The notes: a model not told the origin generated them from the letters alone. A DNA stretch of 64,000 nucleotides from Squalus acanthias (GCA_030390025.1 CM059431.1:157978001-158042000); one strand, 5' to 3'; shown: positions 1 to 13,300, counted from the stretch's first letter. Numbers and translations are program-made.

Positions 1-118
1 TCGAAGGGGAAGATAATTCCAAACACAGCGTTTCAACTCAGAGAGTTCACTGTGTCCTTCGAACTGGTGTTTGATGAAAGGAAAATAACAGCGATCTTTG
101 TCCCTTGCTATCTGTGCC

Positions 119-151
119 CTTTTATAGTCCGATAATAAACAGTTTTATTGG
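119..151 (-). promoter_or_regulatory. Putative Pol II core promoter (TATAAAAG with upstream CCAAT) pointing toward the left edge of the window
   Basis: Minus strand reads CCAAT (147-151), then TATAAAAG (119-126) about 20 bp downstream. No associated CDS lies inside the window. Confidence 0.35.
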
Positions 152-2180
152 TGAGCAATAAAATTGAGTTGAGGACACAAAACTGATTCCCGCTGCAGAA
201 ACCGGTTTCTTTGCGGCGTTTTCTGAACTGCAGAGGGAAGAGCTGTGGGAAATATCATCCTTGTTATCACACACAGAATTAATGACTTTGCTAAAACTAT
301 CAGTAATTCATCAGAACATTTCAATGCGAAGGACACCGTGTTTGATTCAGTTCGAACCCTGCACCAGAGAACAGGGCGGGGAGGGACTCTGCTGATCAGA
401 CTGAAGGTCGTGTTTATGACTGTGATGTGTAACTGATCCTTACCCAGGGTGTGTGCATTAACCTGCAGAACACACAACGCTAACTTACCCAGAATCTCTG
501 GAACCAGAATCAGGAGCCGCAGCCCAAAATGTACAGAGCACCATTATTGTGTCTTACTGTACAGGCATGGACCCATTGCCGTTGATTTGTGTAGTTTTTC
601 AATGATTTTAAAAAGTTGTAGGAACCATATTGGATCAGGTAAGGACGGATTGCTTTTATTCAGAAATTAGCTTCCTGCAGGCAGCACAATACAGCAGAGT
701 AAAACTTCCAAATATAAACTACAACGCTAAAGTTCCACTGTTTCAAATAATATTTAAATGTATTACTCGTTTATGACACTGTTACGAATATAAAGTTGGA
801 GGTCGAAACTTTTCAACATAAAACACCGCGACTAAACGTCACCGAAATCCGAAATCTCCAATCAAGGAAACTTCAGTAAGATCCTTTGACTCGCATTGAC
901 CTCATTAAGCTATGATTCCATGGTGCCAAACCGAGTAAAACACTGCCTTGTTGCCGAGCTGAGTGCCGGTTACCTCTTCTGTGGCACTAAACTCGTGCAT
1001 CTGTAAACAAGTCTTTATCCGAGGATTTCAGGCACCACCGAAAACAGCGTCTGTGAGCAGGTTATTGATGACTGAATGTTGTTTGATTAGTCCATCCATT
1101 ACTTTGCTGATCATTGTGAGGTGACTGATAGGGCGGGGATTGGCTGGAATCAGTTTGATGTTGACTTTGTGGTTAGGACACAGCTCTATGGTCTTTATAT
1201 ATTGTCTATCCGATGTCAAATTCAGATGCACTGGAACAGTTTGCCTACGGGAATGGGACAACTAGATCTGGAGTTCAGCTTTTCTGCAGCTAATAGTGGG
1301 ATGTAGTGAAGACCAAAGTCATTCAATAGCAAAATACTGCGGATGCTGTAAAACTGAAATAACAACAGAAAGCGCCGGAAAAACTCAGCAGGCCAGGCAA
1401 CATCCGTGGAGAGAGAAACAGAGTTAAAGTTGCAGGTCGAAGACCCTTCGTCAGAACTGAGAAAAAAGCAGGAAATGAAACAGATGAAAAAGGAAGTTTG
1501 AAGTCTGGGGGAGGGAATAAAAGAACAAAAGAACAACAGCTGACCCTTTCTCCCGCTTCCAGAATTCTTGTTCAACCTGGACCCCTCCATCTGGACTCTT
1601 ACCCTCTCTAGATCTTTTCATTGCTAACTGCCGCCGCGACATCGGCCGTCTCCATGTCTCTGCTCCCCTCACTCACCCCAACCTACCTCCCCCTGAACAT
1701 GCAGCACTCCATTCCCTCAGATCCAACCCCGACATTGTCATTAAACCTGCCGACAAGGGTGGTGCTGTTGTTGTTTGGCGTACCGACCTCTACCTAGCGG
1801 AAGTTGAACGCTAACTCTCCGACACCTCCTCCTACCTCCACCTGGACCATGACCCCACTACCGAACATCAAGCCACCGTTTGCAAGACTGTCACTGATCT
1901 TATCTCCTCTGGAGATCTGCCCCCCACGGCCGCCAACCTCATAGTTCCCCAACCCCGCACAGCCCGCTTCTACCTCCTTCTCAAGATCCACAAACCGGAC
2001 TGCCCTGGTAGATCCATCGTTTCAGCCTATCCTTGCCCCTCGGAACATATCTCTTCCTACCTCGACTCCATTTTCTCTCCCCTTGTCCAGTCTCTTCCCA
2101 CTTACATCCGCAACTCTTCTGATGCCCTCCGCCACTTTAACAGTTTCCAGTTTCCTGGCCCCAACCGCCTCCTTTTCACC

Positions 2181-3491
2181 ATGGACGTACAATCCCTCTA
2201 CACCTCCATCCCCGACCAGGATGGCCTTAGGGCGCTCCGCTTCTTCCTTTATCAGAGGCCCAACCAGTCCCCATCCACCAGCACCCTCCTCCACCTGGCT
2301 GAACATTTTCTCACATTGAACAATTTCTCCTTTGACTCCACTCATTTCCTCCAAATCAAAGGTGTTGCTATGTGTACCCGCATGGGTCCTAGCTATGCCT
2401 GCCTTTTCGTGGGATATGTGGAACACTCTTTGTTCCAGTCCTACTCGGGTCCCCTAACTCACCTCTTTTTCCGGTACATTGATGACTGTATCGGTGCCGT
2501 TTCCTGCTCTCGCCCTGAACTAGACAATTTCATTCACTTTGCCTCCAATTTCCACCCTTCCCTCACCTTCACAAGGTCCGTCTCCGACTCTTCCCTTCCC
2601 TTCCTCGACTTCTCCGTCTCCATCTCTGGGGATAGGTTATTGACCAACATTCACTACAAGCCCACTGACTCCCACAGCTACCTGGACTACACTTCCTCCC
2701 ACCCCGCCTCCTGTAAGGACTCTATACCCTTCTCCCAGTTTCTCCGTCTCCGACGCATCTGCTCCGACGATGCCACCTTACATACCAGTGCTTCCGACAT
2801 GTCTTCCTTTTTCCTCAACCGAGGATTCCCCTCTACCGTAGTTGGCACGGCCCTCGACCGTGTCCGTTCTATCTCCCGCACTTCTGTCCTCACCCCGGCC
2901 CCTCCCTCCCGGAACCACGATAGAGTTCCCCTTGTCCTCACCTTTCACCCCACCAGCCTCCACATTCAACGGATCATCCTCCCTAATTTCCGCCACCTCC
3001 AACGTGATCCCACCACCAAACTTATGTTTCCCTCACCTCTCCTTTCAGCATTCCGTAGTGACCGCTCCCTCCCAGACAACCTAGTCCACTGCTCTTCAAC
3101 CCAGTACCCCTTCACCCTCGCCCGGCACCTTCCCGTGCAAGCGCAGGAGAAGCAACGCCTGCCCTTATACCACCCCCTTCCCGCTCTCCAGTGCCCCAAA
3201 CATCCCTTCCAGGTGAAACAGCGATTTACTTGTACTTCTTGCAATCTAGTATACTGTATTCGCTGCTCACGATGTGGTGTCCTCTACATTGGGGAGACCA
3301 AACGCAGATTGGGTGACCGCTTTGCGGAACACCTCCGTTCAGTCCGTAAGGTTGACCCCGTCGCCTGTCATTTTAACTCACCGCTCCACGCCCACTCAGA
3401 CTTCACCGTCCTCGGCCTCTTGCATTGTTCCACGGAAGCTCAGCGTAAGCTCGAGGAACAGCAGCTCATCTTCCGATTCGGCACTTTATAG
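2181..3491 (+). pseudogene. Penelope RT/GIY-YIG polyprotein, partial and partly frameshifted
   Basis: ORF track, 436 aa. Upstream RT motifs (KPADKGG at ~1743) are separated from it by stops, and the linker before GIY-YIG appears locally frameshifted. Confidence 0.8.
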
Positions 3492-3803
3492 CCTTCCGGA
3501 CTCAATATCGAGTTCAACAATTTCAGATCATAACCTCGGTCCCTACCATTTTTATCCCCCCATTTTGGTTTTTGCCTTTTCCCTTTTTTCTCTCTCTCTC
3601 CCACATGGCAGCTCTCTTTCAACCTGCCAACGCATTTCACACTTCTGAGCCAGCTTTTGTTTCTTAACCTGTCCTATTATCATCTCGTCTCGCTTTGTGT
3701 ATCTCTTAATGTCTCTAATCTCACAGACCTTCCCTTTTGTTCTTTTATTCCCTCCCCCAGCCTCCAAACTTGCTTTCCATCTGTTTCATTTCCTGCTTTT
3801 TTC

Positions 3804-3840
3804 AGTTCTGACGAAGGGTGTTCGTCCTGAAACGTTAACT
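3804..3840 (+). ncRNA. Minimal type I hammerhead ribozyme motif in the Penelope pLTR
   Basis: AGTT-CTGACGA-AGGG(TGTTCG)TCCT-GAAAC-GTT-AACT: intact CUGANGA/GAAA core, stem I AGTT/AACT, stem II, palindromic ACGT stem III. Confidence 0.7.
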
Positions 3841-4292
3841 CTGTTTTTCTCTCCACAGATGTTGCCTGGCCTGCTGAGTTTACCCAGGGCTTTCTGATGT
3901 TATTCCAAAATCATTCAATGTGTTCTGTGCATTCAGCTGCTTGTTAATGTCAAATGGAGTGAACTGAATTTTCGGGACACTGACTCTATTAAGGTGGCAA
4001 ACTCTCGGTGATTCCGAACAGAATCATCCACTTGGCTCTTTCAACCGAAGACACTTTCAGGCCCTTCACTCTTCTCTCTTGAAATCACGTGGTGATGTCC
4101 CACTTATTTGAGGATAGGAATGTTCATGGAGTCCCCTCCTCCTATTAATTGTGCGATTGTCCAGCACCATACTGGTCTGTACGCATGTGGTTAAAAAAGT
4201 GAGCTCTGATCCGTCAGGTCGGTAACCGGTTTTGCTCTGTCTACCGGATTCCGTTATTTTACCTGTGGCTGCTGCGTTAACGTGGAGAAAAT

Positions 4293-4975
4293 GGAGAAGT
4301 TGGAGTTGAAATGCTTAGAGCAGAGAATGTTGACAGGGGATTTGATAGAGGTGTTCAAAATGATGAACGGTATTGATAGACTAAGTAAGGATATATCGTT
4401 TCCAGTGGCATAATATTTGGTTACCAAAGGACACAGATTTAATGTAACTGGCAAAAGAACCAGAGGCGACTTGAGGGAACATTTCTTTACGTAGCGAATT
4501 TTCGTGGTCTGGAATGCACTGTTTGAAAGGGTGGTCGAAGTAAATAAAATAGTAACTTTCAAAAGGGAATAAATACTGGAAAGAACGAATACGGGAAAGG
4601 GCAGAGGGCTGGGACTATTTGGAAAGCTCTGCCACCGTGCCGGCAAAGGGATGATGGGTGGAATGGCCTCTCGTGCTGTTTCATAATATGACTTCATGTC
4701 AACATTGAAGATTTCCCAGGATTTCCACCTCCGAATAAATAATTGGCAAAAGAACTTGAGGAAAAGTCAGGAGAGATTATTTCACACAGAGGGTTGTTAT
4801 GAAAGCATTACCTGTAAGAGTAGTGGAATAAGATTGAAGAGGACTAATTTTCAGGGTCATGTGGAGAAACGCTGGGTTGTTGGATTAAATTGGACAGCTG
4901 TTGCAAGAGCCGACACAAGCACAATGGGCCGAATGGCCTCCAAATGCGCTATATGATTCTACGATTCTATGGCTT
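4293..4975 (+). mobile_element. Two decayed CR1 LINE 3' ends
   Basis: LEQR..GDLIEVFK-like coding remnant and gatgggccgaatggcct 3' UTR motifs followed by microsatellite-like tails. Confidence 0.75.
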
Positions 4976-5039
4976 TAACCTGGGCTCCTGCGATCTGCGC
5001 TTTATCGAGAAGGTAACAGCTAAACATTACCATTGAAAA

Positions 5040-5476
5040 CAAATATTAAAGACATACTTTCATTTATATAGCGCCTTTCACGACCTCATGACGTCCCAAA
5101 GCGCTTTACAGTCAATGAAGTACTTTTGCAGTGTAGTCACTGTTGTAATGTAGGAAACGCGGCAGCCAATTGCGCACAGCAACCCCCCACAAAGAAAAAC
5201 GTGATAATGACCAGATAATCTGTTTTACTTAGCGATATTGATTGAGGGATAGACATTTGTCAGGACACCGGGGATAACTCCCCTGCTCTTTCTCGAAAAA
5301 GTGCCATCGGATCTTTTACGTCCACCCGAGAGAGCAGAGGAGGCTTCGGTTTAACTTCTCATTCGTGCGACGACACATCTGACAGAGCAGCACTGGAGTG
5401 TCAGCTTAGATTTTTGTTCTTTAGAACCTTGTGACTCAGAGGCGGGAGCGCTACTAACTGAACCACGGCTGACACA
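5040..5476 (-). mobile_element. tRNA-derived SINE (Deu-SINE-like)
   Basis: Minus strand starts with an A-box-like tggttcagttag and ends aggcgctatataaatgaaag. Same family at 16390-16865 and 19790-19915. Family name is from recall. Confidence 0.7.
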
Positions 5477-5654
5477 TGAGTTACATGTATCAGAAGTGAA
5501 AATAATATTCAACATTCGGATATCTCCGCAAATGGACTTAATTGAATTGGGCGATATCTAGGATTCGACGTTACGGAGAGTGCGATTCCTTATGTTTTTT
5601 TTTTCTGTGAATGTTATTGTGCGCTTGAATATTGTGCATCTATGGCATAGTATA

Positions 5655-7954
5655 TTTTATTCGCTTATGGGATGTGGACACAGCTGGCAAGGCCAGCATT
5701 TATTTCCATTCCCTAATTGCGCTTCAGAAGGTGATGTTGAGCCGCCTTCTTGAACCGCTGCAGTACGTGTTGTGAAGGTACGCCCAGAGTGCTGTTAGCG
5801 AGGGAGTTCCAGGATTTTGACCCAGCGACGATGCAGGATCGGCGATATAATTCTAAGTCAGTATGGTATGTGTCTTGGAGGTGGTGGTGTTCCCATGCAG
5901 CTGCTGCCCTTGTCCTTCTAGGTAGAAGAGCTCTCGGGTTTTGGAGGTGCTGCCGAAGAAGCCTTGGCGAGTTGCTGCAGTGCATCTTGTAAGTGGTAAA
6001 CTCTGCAGCCACGGTACGCCAGTGGTGGAGGGAGTGAATGTTTAAGGTGGTGGATTGGGTGCCAATGAAGCGGGCTGCTTTGTCCTGGATGGTGTCGAGC
6101 TTCTTTAGTGTTGTTGGAGCTGCACTCATCCAGAAAAGTGGAGAGTATTCCATCACACTCCTTACTTGTGCCTGTAGATGGTGGAACGGTTTTGGGGAGG
6201 CAGGAGGTTAGACACTCGCCACAGAACACTTAGCATCTGACCTGCTCTTGTTGCCATTGTAGTTATGTGGCTAGTGCAGTTAAGTTCCTGATAAAGGGTG
6301 ACCCCCCGGATGTTGATGGTGGGGGATTCGGCGATGGTAATGCTGTTGTATATCAAGGGGCGTTGGTTACACTCTCGCTTGTTGGAGATAGTCATTGCCT
6401 GTCACTTCTGTGGCGCGAATGTTACCTGCAACATATCAGCTCAAGCCTTAACGTCGGCCAGGTCTTGTTGCATGCGGGCATGGACTGCTTCTTTAACTGA
6501 GGAGTTGTGAACGGGTATGGACACTGTGCAGTCATCAACGAACACCCCCATTTCTTACCTTATGTTGAAGGGAAGTTCATTGATGAAGCAGCTGAAATTG
6601 TTTGGGATCGGATACTGCCCTGAGGAACTCATGCAGCGATGCCCTGGGGCTGTGATGATTGACCTTCAACCACCACAACCATCGTCCTTTGTGCAAGGTA
6701 TGACTCCAGCCATTGGAGAGTTTTCCCCGCGATTCCCATTGACTTCAGTTGTACTCGGTCTCCTTGATGCCACATTCGGTCAAATGCTGCCTTGATGTTT
6801 AGGGCAGTCACTCTCACCTCACCTCTGGAATTCAGCTCCTTTGTCCATTTTTGGACCAAGGCTGTAATGAGTTCGGGAGCCGAGTGCTCTTGGCGGAACC
6901 CAAATTGGGCATCAGTGAGCACGTTATTGGTGATTAATTGCCGCTTGATAGCACTGTCAATGACACTTTCAATCAATTTGCTGATGATTGAGAGTAGACT
7001 GATGGGGCGGTAATTGGCCGGATTGGATTTGTCCTGCTTTTTGTGGGCAGTTGTCCACATTGTCGGATAGATACCAGTGTTGTAACTGTACTGCACCGGC
7101 TTGGCTGAGGCGCAACTACTTCTGGAACACAAGTCCACAGAACGATAGCCGGTATGTTGCCGGGGCCCACAGCCTTTGCTCTATCCAGTGCGCCCAGCCG
7201 TTTCTTGATATGACGTGGAGTGAAATCGATTTGGCTGAAGTCTGGCTTCTGTGATGCTGGGAACTTCAGGAGTAAGCCGATATGGAACATCCACTCGGCA
7301 CTTCTGGCTGAAGATGGTGCTGGGCTCCATCATTTTTGAGGATGGGGTTATTCATGGAGCCTCCTCCTCCCGTTAGTTGTGCAATGGTCCACCACCATTC
7401 ACGACTTCATGGCAGGACTGCAGAGCTTTGATGTGATCCGCTAATTGTGGGATTGCTTAACCCTGTCTATAGCATGCTGCTTCCACTATTTAACATGCTA
7501 GTATCCCTGTGTTGAAGCTTCCCCCGTTTGGCAGTACATTGTTAGGTGCTCCTGGTGTTGCTCCTGCTTGTTGTCCCCAGATGCGATGGGAGTCCCTTTG
7601 CCGAGGTCGATGCCGGGTGGTCCGTCCTGTTTCATTCTTATTATTGTGTTTCGTATCGGTACGTTACAATTGAGTGGCTTCAGTGGGAGTTAAGAGTCAA
7701 TCGTATTGCTGTGGGTCTGGAGTTAGATATAGGCCAGACCAGGAAAGGACGGCAGATTACCTTTCCTAAAGGACATTAATGAACCAGATGGGTTTTTTCC
7801 GACAATCCGATAGTTTCATTGTTACCCTTACTGATACTAGCTTTGTATTCCAGATTTAACTTTAAATTCAGTGTGATTTGAACTCAGGTCTCTGATTCAT
7901 TATTCCAGGCTGCTAGTTTACCAGCCCAGCGACTTTACCATTGTGCTACCGTCC
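5655..7954 (-). mobile_element. Internally deleted non-LTR retrotransposon (CR1-group, distinct family) with a tRNA-like 5' head
   Basis: RT fragments NPANYRPISLLSIISK, QFGFR, LNIKAAFDRMWH and MEYSPL.WMSAAPTTLKKLDTIQDKAAR. A-box TAGCACAATGG (7938-7948) and B-box GAGTTCAAATC (7875-7885) on the same strand. Confidence 0.8.
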
Positions 7955-8734
7955 ACCAACCCCTCGGTTACTCCAATTGCATCGCATTATGAGGAAACAC
8001 TGCACGCTGATGCAAAAACTGCCTTCACTTTTGATATTGTTGTTTCAGTTCATAAACTTTAATTATGGTTCCTGATAAATATATAATTACGATACAGACA
8101 AATCCTTTCAAGGATTTGGACATTTGTACAAAACAGATTTACAAAACATGGTCTAATTTATCATACAACAAAGATTAAAATGCAAGATGGAAAGTACTTC
8201 AAGGGTGATTTATGACTGTATTCTGAACGGATTTCAGAGTTTTGAATTTAGTCTGAACTTGTCGGTTCCAGACCGGTGGAGTTCATTTAATGTCCTTTTT
8301 CAGCACGCTGTGCTTTATTCAGAACTCATAAACGCTACGTACTAATTACAACCAAGGAATTTCAACAGCGTTGCAAACTAAACTTTAAGACAAAGTGAAT
8401 ATCCATCACACGGTGTCAGTGGTGCAGTTGGCCTAAAAGTTGTGAACAGCAGCTCCTGGAGACGAATACTCTTCTTTGTTAAAATACCAGTCCAACCTTT
8501 CTGAATAGCTTACTTAGTGAAATTCAGCAAACCGCAACGTCACGTCACAACGTCACTCAAAAAGAAACACGTTGAACACTGAAGCGAATATGCAAAAAAT
8601 AAATTGTAAAAATAATGTTAAAAACCCCGTTGATCTTTTGATCGACGAGTTTTTGAAATTCCACGTATATTACAGACAACACACTAACCTTATCTATTTG
8701 TTCTAGTATTTAAATGATTCAAAGAATCTTGTTT

Positions 8735-9027
8735 TAATATTTCTTTTAACACGTATGCTGGTAAAAAGAAGGCCCTACGCCTGCTTTTACCAGGCATACG
8801 AGTTTTGTTGTCATTCGCTGGGCAGTAGTTGGGCAAATACCCCAACTCTCCGCCAGCGAATGTCCATTTCCAGGAGATGCGGTTGACCTGTGAAGTTGAA
8901 TCTTGATAGATCGCAGGTTCCGAGTTTTCGCACATGCGCATATCATGCGAAAACCTGGAACTTGTAGGGCCCTTACGACCACATACACTGTACGTACGCG
9001 GTCATAGGCCCGGGAAAATCCAGGCCA
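8735..9027. mobile_element. Fragment of a TIR-type non-autonomous element
   Basis: Ends gggaaaatccaggcc and shares cgcacatgcgca..aaacctggaactt motifs with the elements at 15150, 31395 and 38337. Confidence 0.5.
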
Positions 9028-9564
9028 ATATTTCTTCAATTTCATTGTCATTACTTGCAAATTTATTTTGTGCATCCTTTTATGGCTAATCCTTATCATA
9101 ATTTCCATTTTGATATTTATGTGTCGCCTCATTTTTATATTCTTTAGTAATTTTTATTTTGTAATTCCTTTTTGTCTTCTTAATATTTTATAAACTTTTA
9201 TCCTATCCCTTTGTCTTTCCTTTCCAACCTCTTCTTTTTGTCTATGTACTTAGTGTAGACCTTTTTCTTTAGATAAAGTTTAATCCTTACCTCCTTATTG
9301 ATCAAGTGTGCCTCATTATTGGCAAGTACTTGGGTGTTCTTAGCGGATCGAGTAGACTGTTTCTGTGTAGCAACTTCTATGTAATTCAATGCACTCATTT
9401 CCATGTGCCAGAGTGACAAAATTAGTAATCATTATCGAATCTCCACTCAACTCAATGGGCCAATAACTTTGATTGCGATTGAGAGAAAGTGGGATTCACT
9501 ATGATTTCTATCATCTTGTCTGCATTTGTTTATATATGTAACTATTTGTTGCTGTACTTTCGGC

Positions 9565-9990
9565 GCCTCTACATTGTGCGCTTGAATATTATACACCTGT
9601 ACATTCTGTGCGTGTACATTATGCACTTGTACATTGATGCCTGTACATTGTGCGCTTGAACATTGTACACGTGTGCATTCTGTGTTTTTACATTATGCAC
9701 TTGTACATTGTTTGCCTGTACATTGTGCACGTTTAAGTTGTGTGACTGTGCCTTATGCACCCGTTCATTGTGCTCTTATACATTGTGCGCATTTGTATAT
9801 TTCGCCTGTACAGGTTGTGACATTGGATTGTACACCTGTGCATTTAAACCTAAACATTGTCTGCCCATACATTGTACGCCTGTACATTGTGCGCCTGCTA
9901 CCAATGTACCTTTATTGTTATTCCTGCACATTATGCACTTCTATATCGTGCCGGCTGTACATTGTGTACTTGTTTATTTTATGTGAAATT
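9565..9990. repeat. Degenerate 15-bp minisatellite (consensus about CCTGTACATTGTGCG)
   Basis: tacattgtg(c/t) recurs with ~15-bp period and produces the HNVQA / CTLCT pseudo-ORFs. Confidence 0.85.
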
Positions 9991-10349
9991 ACATGGAATA
10001 TTTTAATGGAATTGCACGGCATTCTTCAGGTCAGAAAATAACACAACGACTTAATTCTCTTCCTTGTTTGACCAAAGGTCCGGTAATGAGTGAAATGTCC
10101 CTCTGCCCCGCGTAATCTATTTTGCTTCGAGGCCCCCCGGTGGCGCAGGGACCCGCATAATCTGTCTGATTGTGAAACTCACTTCAATTGGTGAGCCATC
10201 AGTGGCAGCAGCAGAATTGGATTCCAACACAATCTGTAACCACAAGACCCGACGTATCCCGCACACTGACATTACCATCAAGAAAGGGGACCAACACTGG
10301 TTCAGTAACTAATATAGAAGAGCATGCCAGGATCAGCACCAGGCGTACC

Positions 10350-13300
10350 TAACATCCCCACTGTATCTCTTGCCCAAAAACTTAAATCGGTGTCCCCTTG
10401 TCCTTGTACCATCAATTAGTGGGAACAGCCTTTCCCCGTCTAGCCGATCCAAACCCGTCATAATCTTGTACACATCTATCAAATCACCCCGCAACCTCCT
10501 TTGCTCTAATGAAAACAAATCCAGCTTCACCAACCTGTCCTTGTAGCTAAGATACCCGGCCCTGGAACCATTCTGGTAAATCTCCTCTGCACCAAGGGCC
10601 TTCACATCCTTCCTAAACTGTGGTGACCAGACCTGGAAGCAATACTCCAGTTGTGGCTTAACAAGCGCTTTATAAAGGTGCAGATAACTTCTCTACTTTT
10701 GTACTCAATACCTCTATTTATGAAGCCCAAGATCCAATATGCTTTGTTAACCGTTCTCTCAATATGTCCTGCAAACTTCAGGGACCTATGCACAGTAACT
10801 CCCAGGTCAATCCGTCCCTGCACACTCTTTAAAACTGTGCTATTAAGTGAATATTGCCTCTCCCTTTTACGTCTGCCAAAATGCATCACCTCACACTTCT
10901 CAGTATTAAATTACATCTGCCACTTTCCTGCCCATTCTGCTAGCCTTTCTATGTCCTGTTGCAGTCGATTGGTATCATTATCACTGATTCCAACCCCCGC
11001 AAATTTGGTGTCATCGGCAAATTTAGAAATTCTACTTTGCATTCCAATATCCAGGTCATTTATATATATCAAAACAAGCAGTGGCCCCATCACTGACCCT
11101 TGGGGAACACCACTGTCCATCCTGCCCTAGTCTGAAAAGCTGGCATTTACCACAACGGCTTTCTGTCCTTAAGCCAATTCCTTATCCAAGCTGCCAATGA
11201 ACGACCTATTTCACGAGCCTCAATTTTGTTAACCACCCTTCTATGTGGTACTTTGTCATACACCTTCCGAAAATCCATGTAGACATCATCCATTGCAAAC
11301 CCTTCTTCAATCCTCTCTATTACTTCATCAAAAATTCAATTAGGTTAGTCAAACACGATCTGCCTTTTCCAAATCCGTGTTGGCTCCCCTTAATTAGCTT
11401 AAACCTTTACAAATGCCCGTTAATTTTTCCCTTGTTTATTGTTTCAAAAACTTTATCGAGCACTGATGTTAAACTTACCGGCCTGTAGTTTCTAGGATTG
11501 TCCTAACGCTCTTTCTTGTACAATGGTGTTATATTTGCCAATTTCCAATCCTCGATCCCCTCCCCCGCATCTAGGGAAGATTGGCAGAATGATGCAAGCC
11601 CTTCTGCTGTCTCCTCCCCCAATTCCCTTAGCAACCTGGGATGCAAGCCAGCAGGACCAGGCGACTTACCACTTAAAGCATAACCAGCTTTTCTAGTATA
11701 TCCTGTCTATCAATTTTCACCCCTTCCATTGCTTCTACTTTTTCCACTTCTACCGATATTTTGTAGGCATCCACGTCCTTATTAAACACCGATACATAGC
11801 ATTCATTGAGTATTCTAGCCTTGCCCTGCGTCTCTAAGCGTATTTCACCTTCTTTGTCTCTAATAGGCCCCACTCCACCTCTTAATACCCACTTACTGTT
11901 TACATGCCAGTAGAAGATTTATCGGTCCCCTTTTATGTTATCCGCCATTCTACTCTCATATTCTCTCTTTGCCAATCTCACTTTCATCTTCACTTCCCCG
12001 CTCAACTTAATGTATTTGGTCTGGTTCTCCATTGAAGAATTCACCTGACATGCATCATACACACTCTTTTTTTGTTTCATCATCTTCTCTATCTCCCTCT
12101 TCATCCAAGGAGACCTTGCTTTGGTTCCCTTACCCTTCCCTCATGTTGGAATATACTGAGCCTGTACTTGGAACATCTCCTCCTTAAAGATCACCCATTG
12201 TTCCATTACAGTTTTTCCTGTCAATCTTTGGTTCAATTTTACCCTTGGTAGACCCTTTCGCATCTCACTGAATTTGGCCCTTTCCAGTTTAGAAGTTCCA
12301 CTCTAGATTGTTCCCTGCTCCTCTTCATTACTAATCTAAATCTTATGATACGATGATCATTCGGACCCAAATGTTCTCCCACAGACACTTGGTCGACCTG
12401 GCCCACCTCATTCCCCAGCAGCAGATCCAGCAATGCCTCCTTGCTAGTTGGCCCAAGAAAATACTCGTCAAGGAAATTCTCCTGAACAAATTTCAGAAAT
12501 TCTTCCCCTTCCTTTCCGTTTACCCTAGTATTATCCCAATCGATATTTGGGTAATTAAAATCCGGCAATATAACCACAATAAAGTTCTTGCATATCTCTG
12601 CGATTTCCCTGCAGATTTGCTCCTCTAACTCCCTCTCACCATTTGGAGGCCTATAGAATACCCGCAATTGCGTGATCATACCCTTATTGCTTCTCAACTC
12701 TAACCAAATGCATTCTGTCCTTGTCCCCTCAAGAACATCCTCCCTTTCCAAAAATACAATGTCTTCCTTAATCAGCACTGCCACCCAACCTCACGTTTTT
12801 GATTCCCTATCTTTTCTGAACAATTTGTACCCTTGAATATTAAGTGCCCAGTCTTCACCGTTTTTAAGCCACGTTTCCATTATTGCCACAACATCATATT
12901 GCCACATAGCTAATTGGGCTTGTAGCTCACCAATCTTATTCACCACACTTTGTGTATTTATGTACATGCATTCTAAACCCATTTTTGAATTATTCGTTAT
13001 CTTTCTTAGTCTGCTCCTATCTAATATGATATTACTTCCGCCTCCAGTACTAATTTCTTCTCTAGTACTATCCAACAGAGTCACTCATTTATGCACCTTA
13101 TTCCTCTGTTTTACTCCTATATGCTGTTGCCCATCCTCCTGCCAAGCTAGTTCAAACCCTCACCAACAGCACTAGCAACACTGCCGCGAAAATATTGGTC
13201 CCGGCTCTGTTGAGGTTTAATCCGTCCGGCTTGTACAGGTCCCACCTTCCCCAGAAAGGGTCCAAAAGCCTCAGGAATCTAAAGCCCTCCCTCCTGCACC

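Larger units (their letters stand above)
1328..3904 (+). mobile_element. Penelope-like retroelement (RT + GIY-YIG) with inverted pseudo-LTRs and a 15-bp TSD
   Basis: ORF 2181-3491 has PLE RT motifs (MDVQSLYT, GVAM.TRMGPSYA, FFRYIDD) and a GIY-YIG end (VYCIRCSRCGVLYIGETKRRLGDRFAEH). ~1345-1535 is the reverse complement of ~3735-3904. TSD ccaaagtcattcaat (1313-1327) / ccaaaatcattcaat (3905-3919). Confidence 0.92.
93..4140. repeat. Low-copy duplicated block, copy 1 (unique segment plus decayed LINE remnant), interrupted by a Penelope element
   Basis: 93-~860 aligns by eye with 14463-15130. 136-1327 plus 3920-4140 aligns with 32470-33810 (shared e.g. tgactgtg..gtaactgatc.ttacccagggtgtgt.cattaa and cacttctctcttgaaatcacgtg). 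Confidence 0.85.

Noticed and set aside
145..670. ORFs 145-477 (-), 245-436 (+) and 449-670 (+) as protein-coding
   Set aside because: No recognisable domain, and the frames are not preserved in the paralogous copies at 14463 and 32470.
9569..10041. Cys/His-rich repetitive ORFs (HNVQA, CTLCT, VHCA)
   Set aside because: They are translations of the 15-bp minisatellite, open on both strands, with no supported splice or start context.
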